A DNA stretch of 63,982 nt, filler included, from Hausera hauseri (Eukaryota), in the NCBI GenBank assembly GCA_046269625.1. It is 10 parts of 10 records of this genome, joined end to end, with 100 filler letters (N's around TTAATTAATTAA, not from the genome) between each part and the next. Parts side by side here need not be neighbours in the genome. Positions count along the whole stretch, not along the records: positions 59,590 to 63,982 come from JBJURY010604333.1; 9 more parts are not named here. One strand, 5' to 3'. The notes under the pieces are model-generated. The model saw only the letters and a program-made list of their open reading frames with translations, was not told the DNA's origin and searched no databases. The translations under genes and the position numbers were made by a program. Positions 61,567 through 63,982 of this stretch are shown piece by piece (the first letter of the stretch is position 1; every line of letters begins with the position of its first letter).

Positions 61567-62314
61567 GGTTTGTGTTTGATGAGAAATAAATTTGTCTTCT
61601 ATCACTTCTATATTCTGTGTATCGATTTTACTCACGTTTTTTCGACTTTGTAAGTATGTATGATGGGTGGTATTTAAAGAGCCTCAGACAGAAGTATTTG
61701 GCATTCCGTAAGACGTACCGATCATCCAGATAGATGGCCTACCGTACCAATTCAATACAGTCATAGCAGTCAAAGGACTTCATGATAGAATTCATAAGAT
61801 GAACGCATCAGTTATCTTACCTACATACACAGTATTGTAAAGATCAAATTTCTTAGCACATCATTGTTTCACAGTTTCAATGAAATTTGTCATGTATGTA
61901 GATTTCAATACGACAAGAATTCTACCAAAAATTTTTGGTCAACAAAATTTGTTTTGAAGTTATTTAAAAGATTTGTTTAAATTATTAGAATTATTTATCT
62001 CCATCGTATTGAGATGATCAAAGTATGTATAGTAGGTTGAGGAAATATAGATTCACAAATTTCAAAATTTGTGCACCAAACGTCTACTTAAAATATGGAA
62101 TTTCTGTGCACAATTTTTGAAAATTCAAATTTAGTGTGTGATAAATTTGTCATTATGTATTGATGATTAGTTAGTCTGTATTAATATTACTGTATTGCAT
62201 TTTGACAACGCAATGGCCATCAAATCATAAATACACGCTAACACATAAATATTACACACTAAATCCCAATTTTTGGCAAGAACATTCCGTTGTATAACTT
62301 CAAAATTTCACTTC

Positions 62315-62358
62315 ATATATAAATTTCAAAAATTGCGCAGTTTTCGAAATTTGTATAT
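62315..62358. repeat. Imperfect 44-bp palindrome (19 of 22 pairs), with a related inverted repeat at ~62057-62125
   Basis: atatataaatttcaaaaattgc|gcagttttcgaaatttgtatat. Confidence 0.75.
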
Positions 62359-62499
62359 ATTTTTCATGTACCGAATGTAAGTAATTCGTTCATTTCAATA
62401 CATGTCTAACACGCCATTCGAAAGAGCACAAAACATTGCATGTATTACATTTATACCTTGCAATAACCCTTGAACGTTGAGACTAATTTGTATGAGACG

Positions 62500-63560
62500 A
62501 AATTAGAGAACAAAAATGTATCTTACATAAATTCATCCCTGAACATGGTCTAAATGACACTTTTTCTTGGTCATCACACAAATAAGAAAGGAAAATGAAT
62601 GGTCACGTCTACAGGCACATGGATTCCATGTTAGTCCAGTATAGTGCAGTCCATCAGCAAGAGGTCATGAGCATTAATTTGGTAATCTGCATACAGACTT
62701 CATTGAAATGAAGAACTTGTTATATAGTTTCAATTCTAATTAGATTTCAAGTAGTTGTCGTATGAATGGGGTTCACAAAACGTTTCCCGTAAATTTCAAA
62801 TAATCCATACTAGTTCAACTCAATTAGCTCATTTCTTAATAATAATAATAATGGCAAATATGTTTAATGATCTCACAAAAAATCGATAATTTCAAATTTC
62901 AAATTGTTAAGACTAAATGTCCAAGAAATACTGTTTTAATCAAGTGCAATAAATTGGAAGTAAAATTCATGAAAAGAAAGGTATTTTAACTCCCCGTGAC
63001 TCATCCGAAACATGTTCCGATTCTACAAGGTGGATTTTATTATAGAATTACAAATTTGTGATCGTGGCCACCATTTCTTTTGATACAAATTCGGTAATTG
63101 TCAACTGAATTATTCAAAGGGGTTTCTATACATTATTTCAACAGATGTCTGTCATTCCATAGTGGATTGATGGAGGCCATTATGAAAAATTGATTGAAGT
63201 CTATTATTGATTTACGCGAGATAAAAAACATTACAGAATAAACTGGTTATTTGCTACGTCCAATATACAGAAGATATTTCGGAAATTATCAATACTAACC
63301 AGGAAACTTTCATGTCTAGTTAAATTATAGAATCTCTTCGTACATGCAGAAATTACCCCAGAACATCCGCAAGTGTTTCATCCTCCCACTAGGTGGAATA
63401 AAAGCCAAACAACAGTAAAATGGAAAAACCACAAAAAGATTTCAACACTTTTTACCAAATAATTTTCGAAAAATATCAGCCTTTTGAATATCTATTCAAA
63501 ATTCTCCGTGGGGCCATCATTTTTGGTGACTCAATCATTGGGAATGTACTTGGGACTTTT
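62500..63560 (-). mobile_element. Possible very old CR1-like LINE relic
   Basis: Only scattered motifs on the minus strand (FGF, SRGV, YTGLTWNP resembling 'LEY...WNP'). Confidence 0.25.
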
Positions 63561-63982
63561 GTAAAATGTGAAATATATCCGCAGAAAATATGATTTTTTG
63601 GAACTGTTGAACTATGGGGAAAAGTCTCTGTAAAATTCCTATTACAATTGTTATTAATACGAACGAGAAATTCATGCAGCTATTTTGTATGTAATCTCTA
63701 TTATAAATAATATTGATTTTGTAAGTAATAAGTGGATCAAAAATTTCGTAATTGAAACTGAAAAAAATTTTTTTGATTTTTTTTATACAACAAAATCCAA
63801 CTTTTATTGCAGATTATGAAGAAGTTTAATATATTTATTGTTGATAATTTTCTATACATTTTCCTTGTTTAAATACATCATTTAAATGAATTAAAATATA
63901 AATTTAAATATTTGACCTCCATTACACTTGTACATAATTCTCCCGTGCAATAAAGCACCAATTTTACTACAATTCATTGTGT

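Overview
This window is not one locus. It is ten unrelated contigs joined by artificial 100-bp linkers (N44-TTAATTAATTAA-N44): C1 1-5977, C2 6078-14259, C3 14360-20778, C4 20879-30007, C5 30108-38781, C6 38882-43896, C7 43997-48791, C8 48892-54527, C9 54628-59489, C10 59590-63982. Most contigs come from an AT-rich metazoan. C3 and C6 look like teleost DNA (col14a1-like exons, L2/CR1-group LINEs, a spliced hAT transposase), and the start of C5 carries GC-rich bacterial nrdJ/cobS fragments. The simplest reading is a fish-parasite or fish-associated invertebrate assembly with host and bacterial contamination (inference). The content is mostly degenerate gene copies (USP31/43-like, dynein heavy chains, SLC17, DPAGT1, GTF3C2), a giant nesprin-like exon and many mobile elements. 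Best candidates for new biology: (1) two diverged Ty3/Gypsy elements whose Gag is preceded by a ubiquitin-like domain ending in R[LI]RGG; (2) two protein-primed PolB (Polinton/adintovirus-type) elements that share a small tail-anchored membrane ORF in different positions; (3) an intact divergent pair of secreted pacifastin-like inhibitors with different P1 residues and an amphipathic tail. All homology calls come from motif recognition by eye; no searches were run.
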